From: an uncultured delta proteobacterium
Lineage (GTDB): Bacteria; Myxococcota_A; Polyangia; Polyangiales; Polyangiaceae
Length of the DNA stretch: 64,000 nucleotides
Direction of reading: 5' to 3'
Assembly: GCA_963782055.1 (NCBI GenBank)
Contig: CAWAIF010000003.1
Coordinates: forward strand, 5,344,001-5,408,000
The notes below the pieces were generated by a model. The model ran no database searches. It saw only the letters and a list, made by a program, of their open reading frames with translations, and had not been told where the DNA came from. Each line of letters opens with the position of its first letter. The stretch's first letter is position 1. Below are positions 1 to 10,202 of the stretch, one piece after another. The position numbers were made by a program, and so were the translations under genes.

Positions 1-431
1 TCCGCACCCGTCCTGGGGTCGCCGTCTTCCTTCGCGATGTCGTTCCGTGCACGCACGAAGGAAAGGACCGCGGAGTCCGCGCTGAGGAGATCATCGACCA
101 GTGGTTTCAGCTCAGCCGGGACCGGGCGCGCAGTGGGCCCAGAGAAGGCTGCCCGCAGACCGTGAGCCAGCGCCCCGGCCATAGCCTTCCGGAAGCTCGG
201 CTTCCCTCCGCCGCGAGCCGGCGCGAGATAGTACTCTGGACCTCGGCCCTCCCTGGTGGCGAGCTCGAGCACGACAGCGCGAAGGAACTTCTCCAGCGCC
301 GTGCTCGCCTTCACCATCCGACCAACGAGATGGCTTCCCGTTTTCGCTGGTGGGCCGTCCTCCCCGCGGGAAAGACGCTCGAGAAGGACACGCGACGACT
401 CCTCTATTTTCGTTCCACGTGCATCCGGCAT
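1..431 (-). CDS. HEPN-like hypothetical protein, runs off the left edge (not in ORF track)
   Basis: Hand translation from ATG 431 (upstream GAGGGAG): MPDARGTKIEE...ASTALEKFLR...FVRARNDIAKEDG; no stop before the edge. Confidence 0.55.
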   Translation of the reverse strand, partial: MPDARGTKIEESSRVLLERLSRGEDGPPAKTGSHLVGRMVKASTALEKFLRAVVLELATREGRGPEYYLAPARGGGKPSFRKAMAGALAHGLRAAFSGPTARPVPAELKPLVDDLLSADSAVLSFVRARNDIAKEDGDPRTGA

Positions 432-447
432 GGCTCCCTCGAGCAGC

Positions 448-1116
448 TCACGGCGTGGTGGTCGTGGTTTGCGTCATTTCCACGAACGAGGTTGGGTCAA
501 TCACGGGCCCGGTGACCGCGTAAAAGTCGAGAGTACTCGGGGCCGTGCCGATCAGCGAGCAGTTGTTGCCGGACTTGATATACCAGTTCGTCGGAGAGAG
601 CTTGCTCCCCACGAGCATCAAGTCGTTCTGCGAACAGCCCGCGACAACGGTCGCCTGGGATGCGTACTTCGGCACGTAGGAAGCAGCCCCGCAGGAGGGC
701 GCCGACGAGACGTCAACGACCGGGTTGGCGCACTGCGCGTCAACGAAGTACAATCCTGTCGGTGACGCGCCGGGTAGACACCGTGTCTTGCCATCCCCGG
801 CAAGCGCTGGGCTGCACGCCTCCTTCCTCTGCGAGTCCCACCAGCCGGCGAAGTACTTCGTGACCTGCTTTGAGCCGTCGACCCCGGTGGTCATCGTGGT
901 GGTGTACCGAGCCTTCAGCCGCGTCCCATCCGTCTCCCCGACCCCCGACGCCCCAGAGTCGCCAGAGGAGCCCGCGTCGGGGCTCAGGCCGGCCTCACCG
1001 TTCAGCCCGTTCGCCCCCGGCGGGCCCTCCGGTCCAGCCGGACCTGCCGGTCCAGTCGGCCCCTCAGGACCGCTGCACGCCACGAGCGCTACCATCACGA
1101 AACCCCACCTATTCAT
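448..1116 (-). CDS. Lipoprotein with short collagen-like (Gly-X-Y) segment and Cys-rich domain
   Basis: ATG 1116 with GGAGG RBS; lipobox LVAC; GPEGPTGPAGPAGPEGPPGANG. Confidence 0.75.
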   Translation of the reverse strand: MNRWGFVMVALVACSGPEGPTGPAGPAGPEGPPGANGLNGEAGLSPDAGSSGDSGASGVGETDGTRLKARYTTTMTTGVDGSKQVTKYFAGWWDSQRKEACSPALAGDGKTRCLPGASPTGLYFVDAQCANPVVDVSSAPSCGAASYVPKYASQATVVAGCSQNDLMLVGSKLSPTNWYIKSGNNCSLIGTAPSTLDFYAVTGPVIDPTSFVEMTQTTTTTP

Positions 1117-1189
1117 ATTCCCACCTCCGCCAGCGCCCAACTCATGCCGGTGCGCCATTCGTCGCCGAGCGACTCTCCGCTACTCGCCG

Positions 1190-2359
1190 TCATGAGGAGG
1201 CGCCAGACGCCCGGCGCGACGTCGGTGCATGGATGCGCGACACGCAGAAGAACAGCTGGTCGAGCGTCAGGAACAATCGCAAGGCGTACGCCGGCTTCTT
1301 GAGCTCTTCGTCCGGGCCGACTCCGTGGAGGAAGGCGTGACGGCTCGGCGGCACATCGCCCGCGCCGAGCTCGAAGCTCGCGTAGTAGTAAGCCTCGAGG
1401 TACTGCGCGAACGCCTCGGGCAGCAGGGCGGTGTACCCGCCCACGCTTGCGCGTACCCGGCCGACAAGATTCCGGCGGAGCTCCGGCGCTCGCGGGCTTG
1501 CGCTCTGGCCGTTGTAGAGGTGGCGGAGGACCCCCTCCACCTTCGGCATGATGGTGCTCGCGGCGGCCACGTACTCCCCGGCCGCGAACAAGCGGGCGCC
1601 CGTCCGCAACACGTCGAGGTGCGGCGCAAACGCAGGCCTCGATGCCCAACCGTCCACGATTGCCGGCAGCTGGGGCCCCACCTCGTCGACAATGCGCTGC
1701 TCAGTCTTGTCGTAGTCCCAGTCATTGACGAAGTCTTGATAGAGGGCCATCGCCAGTGCCTGCGTAAGGCGAGTGAACGGGAACCAGCCCGCGCGGGCCA
1801 TCTTCCCAAGCATGTCCGGCGTCATGCGGACACGGTCGCGGAGCATGAGCGCCGCGTGAAGAGAGCCAAGCAGCACGCCGATGTCACCCAACGGCTTGAA
1901 CTGGTCGGCGCCGGGAGCGTGCGCGGTGAGGTCGAAATAGAAGCCCCTGCGCCAGCCGTGCTGGAAGATGTAGGCAAAAGCGCCGCGGTCGGGGAACGAA
2001 AAACCTGGGATACTGGCCTTGGCGATGTCAGCGACGTCGTCGAGGCCCACAGTACGTCCGGCCTGTATCGCGACCTTCCCAATCACGTCGAGCTGCACGG
2101 GTGGGTTCAGTATAAGGGTCGCTGACGTACCATCCAAGATGCTGACAAAGGCCGTCTGAATGTCCTCGGGCCGAACGAGGCCAGCGTGACCGATGACGGC
2201 GTCGAAGAACGAGTCGAGGAAGGTGTAGAGGATGGCGCCGTCGTCGGAGGTGAAGAACCCCCGACCCAAGACGCCAAGCTGCTCCCCCGGCCGCGCAGCC
2301 GTCAGGGCCATGCCGGCCGGCGCTCCCGGCAGCGTGAAGCCGCGGCGTACGAGATTCAT
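1190..2359 (-). CDS. Protein with C-terminal HEPN (RxxxxH) domain, putative RNase effector
   Basis: PKVEGVLR plus SRHAFLHG; start overlaps hsdS stop (ATGA). Confidence 0.7.
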   Translation of the reverse strand: MNLVRRGFTLPGAPAGMALTAARPGEQLGVLGRGFFTSDDGAILYTFLDSFFDAVIGHAGLVRPEDIQTAFVSILDGTSATLILNPPVQLDVIGKVAIQAGRTVGLDDVADIAKASIPGFSFPDRGAFAYIFQHGWRRGFYFDLTAHAPGADQFKPLGDIGVLLGSLHAALMLRDRVRMTPDMLGKMARAGWFPFTRLTQALAMALYQDFVNDWDYDKTEQRIVDEVGPQLPAIVDGWASRPAFAPHLDVLRTGARLFAAGEYVAAASTIMPKVEGVLRHLYNGQSASPRAPELRRNLVGRVRASVGGYTALLPEAFAQYLEAYYYASFELGAGDVPPSRHAFLHGVGPDEELKKPAYALRLFLTLDQLFFCVSRIHAPTSRRASGASS

Positions 2360-3612
2360 CCGGCCGCCTCGGACATCCCGAGCTGCCGCTTGCCGACCGA
2401 CGCAGTCAGCTCACCCCGAAACGCCAGCTGCACCAGCGTCCCAAACAAGTCGTCGCTCGCGCCGCGTGCATCGGCAAATCGTTCCCTGACCTGGTAGGTC
2501 TGCCAGACAAGCACCGAAAAGCGCTTCTGCAGCACGATGGGCGGGACGGGCATCTCCATCGAGCGCACCTTCTCCATCGAGATATTGAGCATCGACCCGC
2601 TCGTCCCCGTGGCGCGCTTCGTAAATTCGCCACGAAAGCGCCCATGCCCAAGGAGGAACTTCAGGTACTCCGGCGTCGCAAGGCGCCCATCGGCGACGAT
2701 GCGCCAGAGCTTGTCCGGCAAGAACAGCCTCGGCTCATCTTGCTCGACGAGGCAGCATGCGGCGACCAGTTCGCGCGTGTTCGCTCGGCTAAAGAGGAGG
2801 TCACCGCGGCGGGGCGTGACGAGCTCGCGGTCGACGTCCGTCGCTGCGACGGCCTTGTGCTCCTGGGGCCGGAAGTACCCCGACGTCACCGCGCTCACCT
2901 TGAGCACACCGTATTCGTCGCCCGCTCGCTCCCGAGCCTCCCCGTTCGCGCTCCAGCCGGCCTCAAAGCGGTCGACTGCCTGCCCCAACGCCTTCACCGG
3001 CCACCCCTTCGGGTTCGTCACCGGGTCCCCGAACATCTCCAAAAACGCCGACCGCAGCAGCTCCTCGGTGAGCGCGATGGCCTCCTTGCGCTTGCGCCGA
3101 ACCGCGTCGGCCTTGTCGAGGATGTCGGCGATGCGGCGCTGCTCGGGGAGCGGGGGTGTTGGCACCTCCAGCGCAAGTAACGCCTCCTTTCGTACGGACG
3201 CCTGGTTCACCCATTGATTGCACAGGAGCGCGAAGCGACCCTGCTTCCATTGCCAGTTCAACCAACGCGCGAGGAACCTCGGCTCGAGAGCGCGGGGCTT
3301 TACGCGGACGCGGGTGAAGTGATTGCTGAAGACGACCGGCTCTTGGTGCCCACCAAAGACCGCCGACTTGCCGACCAGCTCGGGACTGTTCGTGTTGTTA
3401 AACATCACGTCGTCCGCCCTCAGTCCGAAGCGGTCAAGGTCCGCCAACGACCGCGGTACACGACGTGGCGTTCCGAGGTCAATATGTCCCTCGGTGTCGA
3501 CGTTGTTCATGCGGAGCTGAATGACACCATCCGCAGCCTTCTCGCCACAGGCAAAGCCCGTCTGCAGGTCGTCGATTAGCTCAGCGAGCGGGCGAGCGGA
3601 GGACGTTGTCAC
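2356..3612 (-). CDS. hsdS: Type I R-M specificity subunit
   Basis: Two TRDs, [14 protein letters not shown] and PPIVLQKRF conserved regions, [11 protein letters not shown]. Confidence 0.95.
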   Translation of the reverse strand: MTTSSARPLAELIDDLQTGFACGEKAADGVIQLRMNNVDTEGHIDLGTPRRVPRSLADLDRFGLRADDVMFNNTNSPELVGKSAVFGGHQEPVVFSNHFTRVRVKPRALEPRFLARWLNWQWKQGRFALLCNQWVNQASVRKEALLALEVPTPPLPEQRRIADILDKADAVRRKRKEAIALTEELLRSAFLEMFGDPVTNPKGWPVKALGQAVDRFEAGWSANGEARERAGDEYGVLKVSAVTSGYFRPQEHKAVAATDVDRELVTPRRGDLLFSRANTRELVAACCLVEQDEPRLFLPDKLWRIVADGRLATPEYLKFLLGHGRFRGEFTKRATGTSGSMLNISMEKVRSMEMPVPPIVLQKRFSVLVWQTYQVRERFADARGASDDLFGTLVQLAFRGELTASVGKRQLGMSEAAG

Positions 3613-5111
3613 AGCATCCCCTCCAGCGCCTTCAGGTCCTTCGCAATCTCCGCCTCGAGCTCGCGCAGCTTCCCGAGGATGACCTTCGGCGGCTCGTACT
3701 TCACCTCCTCGTGCACGGCCTCCTTGTAGCGGTTGATGGAGAGGTCGAAGTTCTTCTCCCGAATCTCGGCAACCGGGACCATGAAGTGCTTCGCGGTCCG
3801 GTCGGCGTCCTTCTTCGGGTTCTTCTTCCGCCAGCGTTCGAGCGCCCCGGGCAGGTCGTTGTCCTGGACCGGGTCGCGCTTGTCGTCGAGGGAGAAGCCG
3901 TCGGCCTGCACGTCGTAGAAGAAGACGTGGTCGGTCTCGCCGCCCTTCGTGAACACGAGAATCGCCGTCGACACGCCGGCGTACGGCCGGAACACGCCCG
4001 ACGGCAGCGAGATGACCGCCTCGAGCTGATTGTCGTCGACGAGCATCTCGCGCAGCGCCACGTGCGCCTTCGATGAGCCGAAGAGCACGCCGTCGGGGAC
4101 GATGGTCGCGCTCCGCCCACCCTTCTTCAGCATCCGCAGGATGAGCGCGACGAAGAGGAGCTCGGTCTTCTTTGTCTTCACCTTGTGCGTGAGCGAGGGG
4201 TGGACGTCCTCGGCGTCCAGGCTGCCCTTGAAGGGCGGGTTGGCCAGCACGACGTCGAAGTGGCGCTCCGCCTGCTGCGGGAACTTCTCCGGGAAGGAGT
4301 TGGAGAGAGTGTCCTGGTAGTGGATGTCCGGGTTGTCGACGCCGTGGAGCATCAGGTTCATCGACGCGATGCGGAGCATCGTGCTGTCGAAGTCGAACCC
4401 GTGGAACATCTCCTTCTGGATGTGCTTGCGGTAGGGCTCCAGCTTGTCGCCGGTGTAGACCTTGTCGCCGGTGTCCGTCGTGTAGATGCCCTTGGGCGAG
4501 CTGTACTTCTCCAGGAGGTACTGCATGACGCCGACCAGGAAGCCGGCGGTGCCGCAGGCGGGGTCGCCCACGGTCTCGGTGGGCTTGGGGTCGAGCATCT
4601 CCACCATGAAGCGGATGATGTGGCGGGGCGTGCGGAACTGGCCGTTGATGCCCGCCGTCGTCAGCTTGCTGAGCAGGTACTCGTAGAGGTCCCCCTTGGC
4701 GTCGCCCTCGGTGATGGGGAGGGCGTCAATCATGTTCACGGCGGAGACGAGCAGGCTCGGCTTCTGAATCATGAGCTGCGCGTCGGCCATGTACTCGCCG
4801 AAGGTGGTGCCCCCGTTCAGCTTCCGGAAATGCGGGAAGACGCCGTCGCGCACCACCTTGAGCATCTCCTCGGCCTTGAGGTGCTTGAAGTGCGACCACC
4901 GGAGCTGCTGCTCCCGCTTGCCGAAGACGGGCGTGAAGGGCTTCTTGGTGCGCGCGGCGCGTGCCTCGTTCGTCGTCTCCTTCACGTCGAGCAGGCGCGC
5001 GAACATGAGGAAGGAGATTTGCTCGATGACCGTGAGCGGGTTGGTGATGCCGCCGGTCCAGAACTCTTCCCAGAGTTTGTCGATGTCGCTTCTCAGCTTG
5101 CCGGTAATCAT
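3609..5111 (-). CDS. hsdM: Type I R-M N6-adenine methyltransferase
   Basis: [23 protein letters not shown]. Confidence 0.97.
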   Translation of the reverse strand: MITGKLRSDIDKLWEEFWTGGITNPLTVIEQISFLMFARLLDVKETTNEARAARTKKPFTPVFGKREQQLRWSHFKHLKAEEMLKVVRDGVFPHFRKLNGGTTFGEYMADAQLMIQKPSLLVSAVNMIDALPITEGDAKGDLYEYLLSKLTTAGINGQFRTPRHIIRFMVEMLDPKPTETVGDPACGTAGFLVGVMQYLLEKYSSPKGIYTTDTGDKVYTGDKLEPYRKHIQKEMFHGFDFDSTMLRIASMNLMLHGVDNPDIHYQDTLSNSFPEKFPQQAERHFDVVLANPPFKGSLDAEDVHPSLTHKVKTKKTELLFVALILRMLKKGGRSATIVPDGVLFGSSKAHVALREMLVDDNQLEAVISLPSGVFRPYAGVSTAILVFTKGGETDHVFFYDVQADGFSLDDKRDPVQDNDLPGALERWRKKNPKKDADRTAKHFMVPVAEIREKNFDLSINRYKEAVHEEVKYEPPKVILGKLRELEAEIAKDLKALEGML

Positions 5112-8100
5112 GCGTGCTTGCTCTCAGGGGGCGGCGTCGAGGGCGACGCCTTGCGTGGCTGGAAGGCCTGAAGGATGACGAGGAGCTCGTCGACCTGGCC
5201 CTTCTCGGTGAACAGGCCGTCGATACTGCTGGCGCTGAGGGTTGTAAACGGCGGCTCGTAGAGGCGGTCGATGTCGATGCCGCCGTTCTGGGCGATGTGG
5301 TGCTTGAGCAGCTGCAGGAAGCGGAGCTGCTGCGCCGAGAGGTGCGGGTGCTTGTGCACGAAGCCGGTGAAGGCCGCGTTCACCGCCTCCGGGTCCAGCC
5401 CCACGAGGCCGCGGAGCACGTCGGCGAGCGACTGCTTGGTCTCCGGCTGGACGAGGTGCCGGAGGTTTGCCTTGTCGTCCACCTCGAGGACCAGCTTCGC
5501 GAGCCCGTCGAGGTCCTCGTCGCGCACCGCCTTGCCGGCGCGGATGCGTTGCAGGGTGGGGTCGCTCATGAAGTGCTCGCGGAGCACCTTCTCGACGCGT
5601 TGCCGGTAAGCGACCTCGTCGAGCCCCTCCAGCTTGGGTATGTGGTCGGCGCCGAAGGCGCCCTCGTCGGCCACGTCGTAGACGCTCGGGAGGAGCCGGC
5701 CGCCAGACGGCTGCTGCTGGTACTTCATGATGCCGCGCAGCTCGGTGCGGACCCATTCGAGCTTGGGCACGGTGACGGTGGCCCAGAAGTCCTTGCTCTC
5801 GACGGCCTTGATGGCCTCGGTCTTCGCCTTGACCGGGTTCTGGTTTCTCATGAGCAGGGCGACGGCCGCTTCCACGCCAGCCTTCAGGTCGGCGGCGCTC
5901 GACGACCCCTTGAGGACGGCGCCCTCGAGCCGGGTCACCAGAAGGTCGAAGCGGTAGGCGTCCTCCTCGCCCCGGATGTTGCGCCACTGCATGAGCGGCG
6001 CCGCGATGGAGAGGAGGTCCGCCTTGGTGGCCGCGGCGAACTGCGCGACCGTATCGCGGTTGGACAGCAGCTCCAGCTCCTTGCGCCTGTCGCGCACGTC
6101 GATGGCGTTGGAGTCCATCGCGCCGCGGATGTCTCCGACGAGCAGGTCGACCGTTTCCTGAAAGACGGGCTCCTCCATCTTGTCGAGGGCGGCCTCGGCG
6201 ACGGCGATGCGTGTCTCGAACAGCTGCTGCAGGAGAGACTTCTGCGGCGACGGTTGCTTCTCCTTGTACTTCTCCTCGAAGAACTCGAAGTTCTTGCCGT
6301 GGTCGAAGATGACGAACTCCGTCTTGTTCTTCCCGGGCTCGAAGAGGTCTCGGCATAGCCGGGTGCCGCGGCCAATCATCTGCCAGAACTTCGTCGGGGT
6401 CTTGACCGCCTTGGCGAAGACGAGGTTGACCACCTCGGGGACGTCGATGCCGGTGTCGAGCATGTCGACCGAGATGGCGATGACCGGGTCGGAGTCCTTG
6501 CTCTTGAAGTCGTCGATGAGCTGGTCCGCGCGCGGCTCCCGGTTGTCGATGACCCGGCAGAAGCTGCCGCCGTACTGCGGGTACATCTCGTCGAAGAGGC
6601 CGGCGAGGTGCACGGCGTGCAGGTGGCTCTTGGCGAAGAGGATGGTCTTGCCCAGGCGGCTGCCCGTGGCGTCCCGGATGCCCTCGTCCATGAGGCTCCG
6701 CAGGACGATGCGGCTCGTGTCCTTGTTGAAGACCTCGCGGTCGAGCTGCCCTGCGTCGTATTCGACGTCCTCCGGCGTGTCCTCCTGCTCCTCCAGCTCG
6801 GCGCGCTGCGCGCCGGACATCTCGGAGTACTTGAAGCCGCCCTCCCGGAACTTGGAGGTGAACTTCCGCACCCGGAAGGGCACGAGGAAACTTTCGCGCA
6901 CGGCCTCGTCGTAGCTGTAGTTGGAGGTGGGGTCGTTGTGCTCGCAGCCGAAGAGCTTGAAGGTGTCGCGGTCGGCGTACTTGAGGGGCGTGGCGGTGAG
7001 GCCTACCTGCAGCGCGTCGAAGTACATCGAGAGCTGCCGGTACTTCTTGTAGATGCTGCGGTGCGACTCGTCGAAGATGACCAGGTCGAAGAAGCCGACG
7101 TCGAAGGTCTCGTAGCACGCCAGCATCGCCGGGTAGGTGGCGAGGTAGATGCGCTTGTCGCGCTCGGAGGAGGTGGTGCTGCCGACGATGACGCGTGGCT
7201 CGCCCGGCAGGAACTCCTTGAAGACGTTGTTGGCTTGCTTGCGTAGCTCCCGCCGGTCGCAGAGAAAGAGGATGCGCTTCGCCCACCCGGCGCGCATCAG
7301 CAGGTCGCAGAGGGAGATGGCGACGCGCGTCTTGCCAGTGCCCGTGGCCTGCACCAGCAGCGCTCGCCGGAACTTCTGCTCGAAGCGCTCGCTCACGCGG
7401 GTGATGGCCTCGAGCTGGTAGATGCGGTCGGCGATGGCGAGGTCGGGGGCGACGGTGGCGAGGGGCTTCTTGTTCTTCCGCTGGTGCAGCAGGTACTCGA
7501 GGCTGTCCTTGGAGTAGAAGCCGTAGACCTTGCGGGGCGTGTAGCCCTGCGCGTCGTCCCAGACGTGAATCTCGATGCCGTTGGTGTAGAAGATGACCGG
7601 GCGCTGGCCGGTCTCCTTCTCGAGGCAGGTGGCGTAGATGCGCGCTTGCTCTTGCCCCTCGCGCGCGTCCTTGGAGGTTCTCTTCGCCTCCACCACCGCG
7701 AGCGGCTTGCCGTCGTCGCCGTAGAGAACGTAGTCGGCGTAGCCCTCGCGTGACTCGGTGGGCATCGTCGAGAGCTCCACCTCCTGCTTCACCAGGGCGG
7801 TGTCCGCGCCGTTGGGGCCGACGTCCCACCCCGCCTGGGTGAGCTGCTCGTCGATGAGCCGGTGGCGCGTCGCCTCCTCGCTCAGCTGCAGGATGTTGGC
7901 GGCTCGCTGGCCTTCGAGACGCAGGGCCGCGAGCTGCTCCTTCGACTGCGCGACGAACTGCTCCGCGGCTTCCCGCTGGCGGCGCTCCTGCTCCAGGTCG
8001 GCGAGCACCTTCGCGAGCTGCGCCTCGTGCCGGGCCGCCTTCTCGAGCGCGGCCTTCTTCTCCTTCTCGAGCGCCGCGGCGTCGGGAGGCGCCGGCGGCT

Positions 8101-8527
8101 CCTTGTAGGTGGGGCAGTCGGCGCGCTGCCCGCCATCGACGCGAAGGAAGACCCACTGCGCGATGTCGAAGGTCTCGCGCAGGCACCGGAGCGCGTCGTG
8201 CGCGCTCACGGGCTTGCCGTGGGCGGCCTTGTTGCCCGTGATGCGCACGAGATGGAGCTTGTCGAGCACGACGGCGGGCACCGCGCTCATGAACGGCTGC
8301 TCGTTGAGCAGGTCGTAGATGTTGTCGCTGTACGGGCGCGGCAGTCGGTAGGTCTCGTAGATGATGGCGACGACGGTCTCGGCGAACCTCCGGAGGTTGA
8401 AGAGCGCACTCCCCGGGTCCGGCCGGGCGTACGCCTCCGCGAACCCGCCCAGGTCGGCGAGCTCGGCGTGTCTGCGTCGCAGGAACTCGAAGTTCTGCGA
8501 CTTCATGAGCGCGTCCACCGGGGCCAT
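5108..8527 (-). CDS. hsdR: Type I R-M restriction subunit (alternative start 8506)
   Basis: ADYVL..VVEAK nuclease motif, ATGTGKT Walker [13 protein letters not shown]. Confidence 0.95.
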   Translation of the reverse strand: MAPVDALMKSQNFEFLRRRHAELADLGGFAEAYARPDPGSALFNLRRFAETVVAIIYETYRLPRPYSDNIYDLLNEQPFMSAVPAVVLDKLHLVRITGNKAAHGKPVSAHDALRCLRETFDIAQWVFLRVDGGQRADCPTYKEPPAPPDAAALEKEKKAALEKAARHEAQLAKVLADLEQERRQREAAEQFVAQSKEQLAALRLEGQRAANILQLSEEATRHRLIDEQLTQAGWDVGPNGADTALVKQEVELSTMPTESREGYADYVLYGDDGKPLAVVEAKRTSKDAREGQEQARIYATCLEKETGQRPVIFYTNGIEIHVWDDAQGYTPRKVYGFYSKDSLEYLLHQRKNKKPLATVAPDLAIADRIYQLEAITRVSERFEQKFRRALLVQATGTGKTRVAISLCDLLMRAGWAKRILFLCDRRELRKQANNVFKEFLPGEPRVIVGSTTSSERDKRIYLATYPAMLACYETFDVGFFDLVIFDESHRSIYKKYRQLSMYFDALQVGLTATPLKYADRDTFKLFGCEHNDPTSNYSYDEAVRESFLVPFRVRKFTSKFREGGFKYSEMSGAQRAELEEQEDTPEDVEYDAGQLDREVFNKDTSRIVLRSLMDEGIRDATGSRLGKTILFAKSHLHAVHLAGLFDEMYPQYGGSFCRVIDNREPRADQLIDDFKSKDSDPVIAISVDMLDTGIDVPEVVNLVFAKAVKTPTKFWQMIGRGTRLCRDLFEPGKNKTEFVIFDHGKNFEFFEEKYKEKQPSPQKSLLQQLFETRIAVAEAALDKMEEPVFQETVDLLVGDIRGAMDSNAIDVRDRRKELELLSNRDTVAQFAAATKADLLSIAAPLMQWRNIRGEEDAYRFDLLVTRLEGAVLKGSSSAADLKAGVEAAVALLMRNQNPVKAKTEAIKAVESKDFWATVTVPKLEWVRTELRGIMKYQQQPSGGRLLPSVYDVADEGAFGADHIPKLEGLDEVAYRQRVEKVLREHFMSDPTLQRIRAGKAVRDEDLDGLAKLVLEVDDKANLRHLVQPETKQSLADVLRGLVGLDPEAVNAAFTGFVHKHPHLSAQQLRFLQLLKHHIAQNGGIDIDRLYEPPFTTLSASSIDGLFTEKGQVDELLVILQAFQPRKASPSTPPPESKHA

Positions 8528-8555
8528 GCGCAGCCCTTGAGCACGTCCCGTTCCA

Positions 8556-10061
8556 TCAGCTCTCCACCTCGTACTTCTGGAGCCAGTTCTTGAGGGTCTG
8601 GTAGCTCGGCAGGCCGACGAGAGACGCGGCTTTGGTCATGTTGTCCGGCGCCTCCTTCACGGCGCGCGAGAGGTAGTGGCGGGCGACATCTCCGAGCAGG
8701 TCCGCGAGCTTGAAGCCGTCGCCGAGCGGGCGGCCAAGCACCTCGTCGTCCGCGCCGCCTGGGACGGTGCGCAGGGCATCGCGAGCCTCGGCCTCGTCGA
8801 CGATGGGCCCCTTCGACCAGATGAAGGCGCGGCGCAGCGACGCGTCCAGCTCCCGGACGTTGCCCGGCCAGCGGTACCGGAGAAGAAGATTCCTCGCCCC
8901 GACAGAAAGCTTCTTCTGCACCGCGCCAGGCCGCTTGCCGAGCTCGGTGTTGAGCTTGTCGAGGAGGCGGTCGATGAGGAAGCCCACGTCCCCTTCGCGC
9001 GCGCGGAGCGGCGGGACCTGCAGCGGCAGGATGCTCAGGCGGTAGTAGAGGTCCTCGCGGAAGCGACCTGCACCCACTTCCTCGAGGAGGTTGCGGTTGG
9101 TCGCGGCGATGACGCGGACGTTCACCGAGATGTCCATCTTGCCGCCCACCTGGCGCACCTTCTTCTCCTGCAGCGCGCGGAGCAGCTTCACTTGATGCTG
9201 CGGCGCGAGCTCGCCGACCTCGTCCAGGAAGAGCGTGCCGCCGTCCGCCTGCTGGAAGTAGCCGGTGTGGGGCGCGGTGGCGCCGGTGAAGGAGCCCTTG
9301 GTGTGGCCGAAGAACTGCGACTCGAAGAGCTCACTGGGGATGGCGCCGCAGTTCACCTCGGTGAAGGGGCCGGCCCTGCGCGGGCTCTCCGCGTGTATCG
9401 CCGCGGCGAGCAGCTGCTTGCCGGTGCCCGACTCTCCCTCGATGAGGATGGCCTCCGAGAACGGCGCGGCCTGGCGGGCGCGCCGTACCAGGCCCTTCAT
9501 CACCTCGCTCCGGTGCAGGATGTCGCCGAACCTCGGCTCCTCCGGGCGCTGCTCCTCGGCGAGGCGGGCGAGGTCCTCGCTCGTCTGCTGCACCGCCGCC
9601 GGGATGAACTCCGCCGCCAGCTCGAAGGGCACCTCCACGGTGGCGACCCCCTTCTGCCTGGACGACTCGATGAGCTCCGCCTCGAAGCGGGTCTTGGCGA
9701 CGATGATCCAGATGGCCGCCATCGCCGGCGTGCCGGGGCTCAGGTGGAAGGTGAGCCGGGTCTTCTGCCCGTACTTCGCGAGCGTCCACGCGACCGCCGC
9801 GGTGACCGCGCCGTAGATGTCCCTGTAGTGGGTGGGAGAAGAGAGCGGGTACTTGCGGACGACCACGCTCGCCTTGGTCTTCTTCTTCACCCAGCGCTCG
9901 AAGCCGCCGAGCTTGTCCGCCGGCATGTCGTTCAGGAGCACGACGTGGTCGAAGGTCCGCGCGGCGAGGGCCTGCCCGATGGGCCCGAGCTCGCCGGGCG
10001 CGTCGCTCTTGGCCGCGTTGACGTCCGCCGTTCCTATCCACGCCAGAAGAACGCCCGCCAT
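8556..10061 (-). CDS. Sigma-54-dependent activator with N-terminal CARF (RtcR/PspF-like) sensor, AAA+ and HTH
   Basis: LLAWIG..D and FHLSPGTPAM (CARF-like); GESGTGK, GSFTGA, FLDEVG, WPGNVREL; C-terminal HTH. Confidence 0.88.
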   Translation of the reverse strand: MAGVLLAWIGTADVNAAKSDAPGELGPIGQALAARTFDHVVLLNDMPADKLGGFERWVKKKTKASVVVRKYPLSSPTHYRDIYGAVTAAVAWTLAKYGQKTRLTFHLSPGTPAMAAIWIIVAKTRFEAELIESSRQKGVATVEVPFELAAEFIPAAVQQTSEDLARLAEEQRPEEPRFGDILHRSEVMKGLVRRARQAAPFSEAILIEGESGTGKQLLAAAIHAESPRRAGPFTEVNCGAIPSELFESQFFGHTKGSFTGATAPHTGYFQQADGGTLFLDEVGELAPQHQVKLLRALQEKKVRQVGGKMDISVNVRVIAATNRNLLEEVGAGRFREDLYYRLSILPLQVPPLRAREGDVGFLIDRLLDKLNTELGKRPGAVQKKLSVGARNLLLRYRWPGNVRELDASLRRAFIWSKGPIVDEAEARDALRTVPGGADDEVLGRPLGDGFKLADLLGDVARHYLSRAVKEAPDNMTKAASLVGLPSYQTLKNWLQKYEVES

Positions 10062-10093
10062 GGTCCACCGGGCAGAGTAACAAGTGTTCTGGC

Positions 10094-10137
10094 AGTAGAA
10101 GTGTTCTTCTTCTACTTTCCGCGCGTTCTGTCAGAAC
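10094..10137. promoter_or_regulatory. Two palindromes, candidate activator-binding (UAS) sites
   Basis: AGTAGAAG-N7-CTTCTACT (10094-10116) and GTTCTG-T-CAGAAC (10125-10137). Confidence 0.55.
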
Positions 10138-10174
10138 AACCGGGCAAACCGCTACTTCTCACCGCGCGGCGCGC

Positions 10175-10190
10175 TGGCACGGGACGTGAA
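10175..10190 (+). promoter_or_regulatory. Sigma-54-like -24/-12 promoter
   Basis: TGGCACGGGACGTGAA versus consensus TGGCACG-N4-TTGCW; -12 is GA instead of GC; 12 bp before ATG 10203. Confidence 0.55.
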
Positions 10191-10202
10191 ATAGGGGTCG
10201 GC

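Noticed and set aside
5124..8186. 1020-aa alternative-frame ORF and similar long Arg/Ala/Pro-rich ORFs throughout
   Set aside because: Off-frame or antisense shadows typical of high-GC DNA
8676..10202. N-terminal half of the 1067-aa + ORF
   Set aside because: Antisense shadow of the sigma-54 activator; the likely real start is ATG 10203
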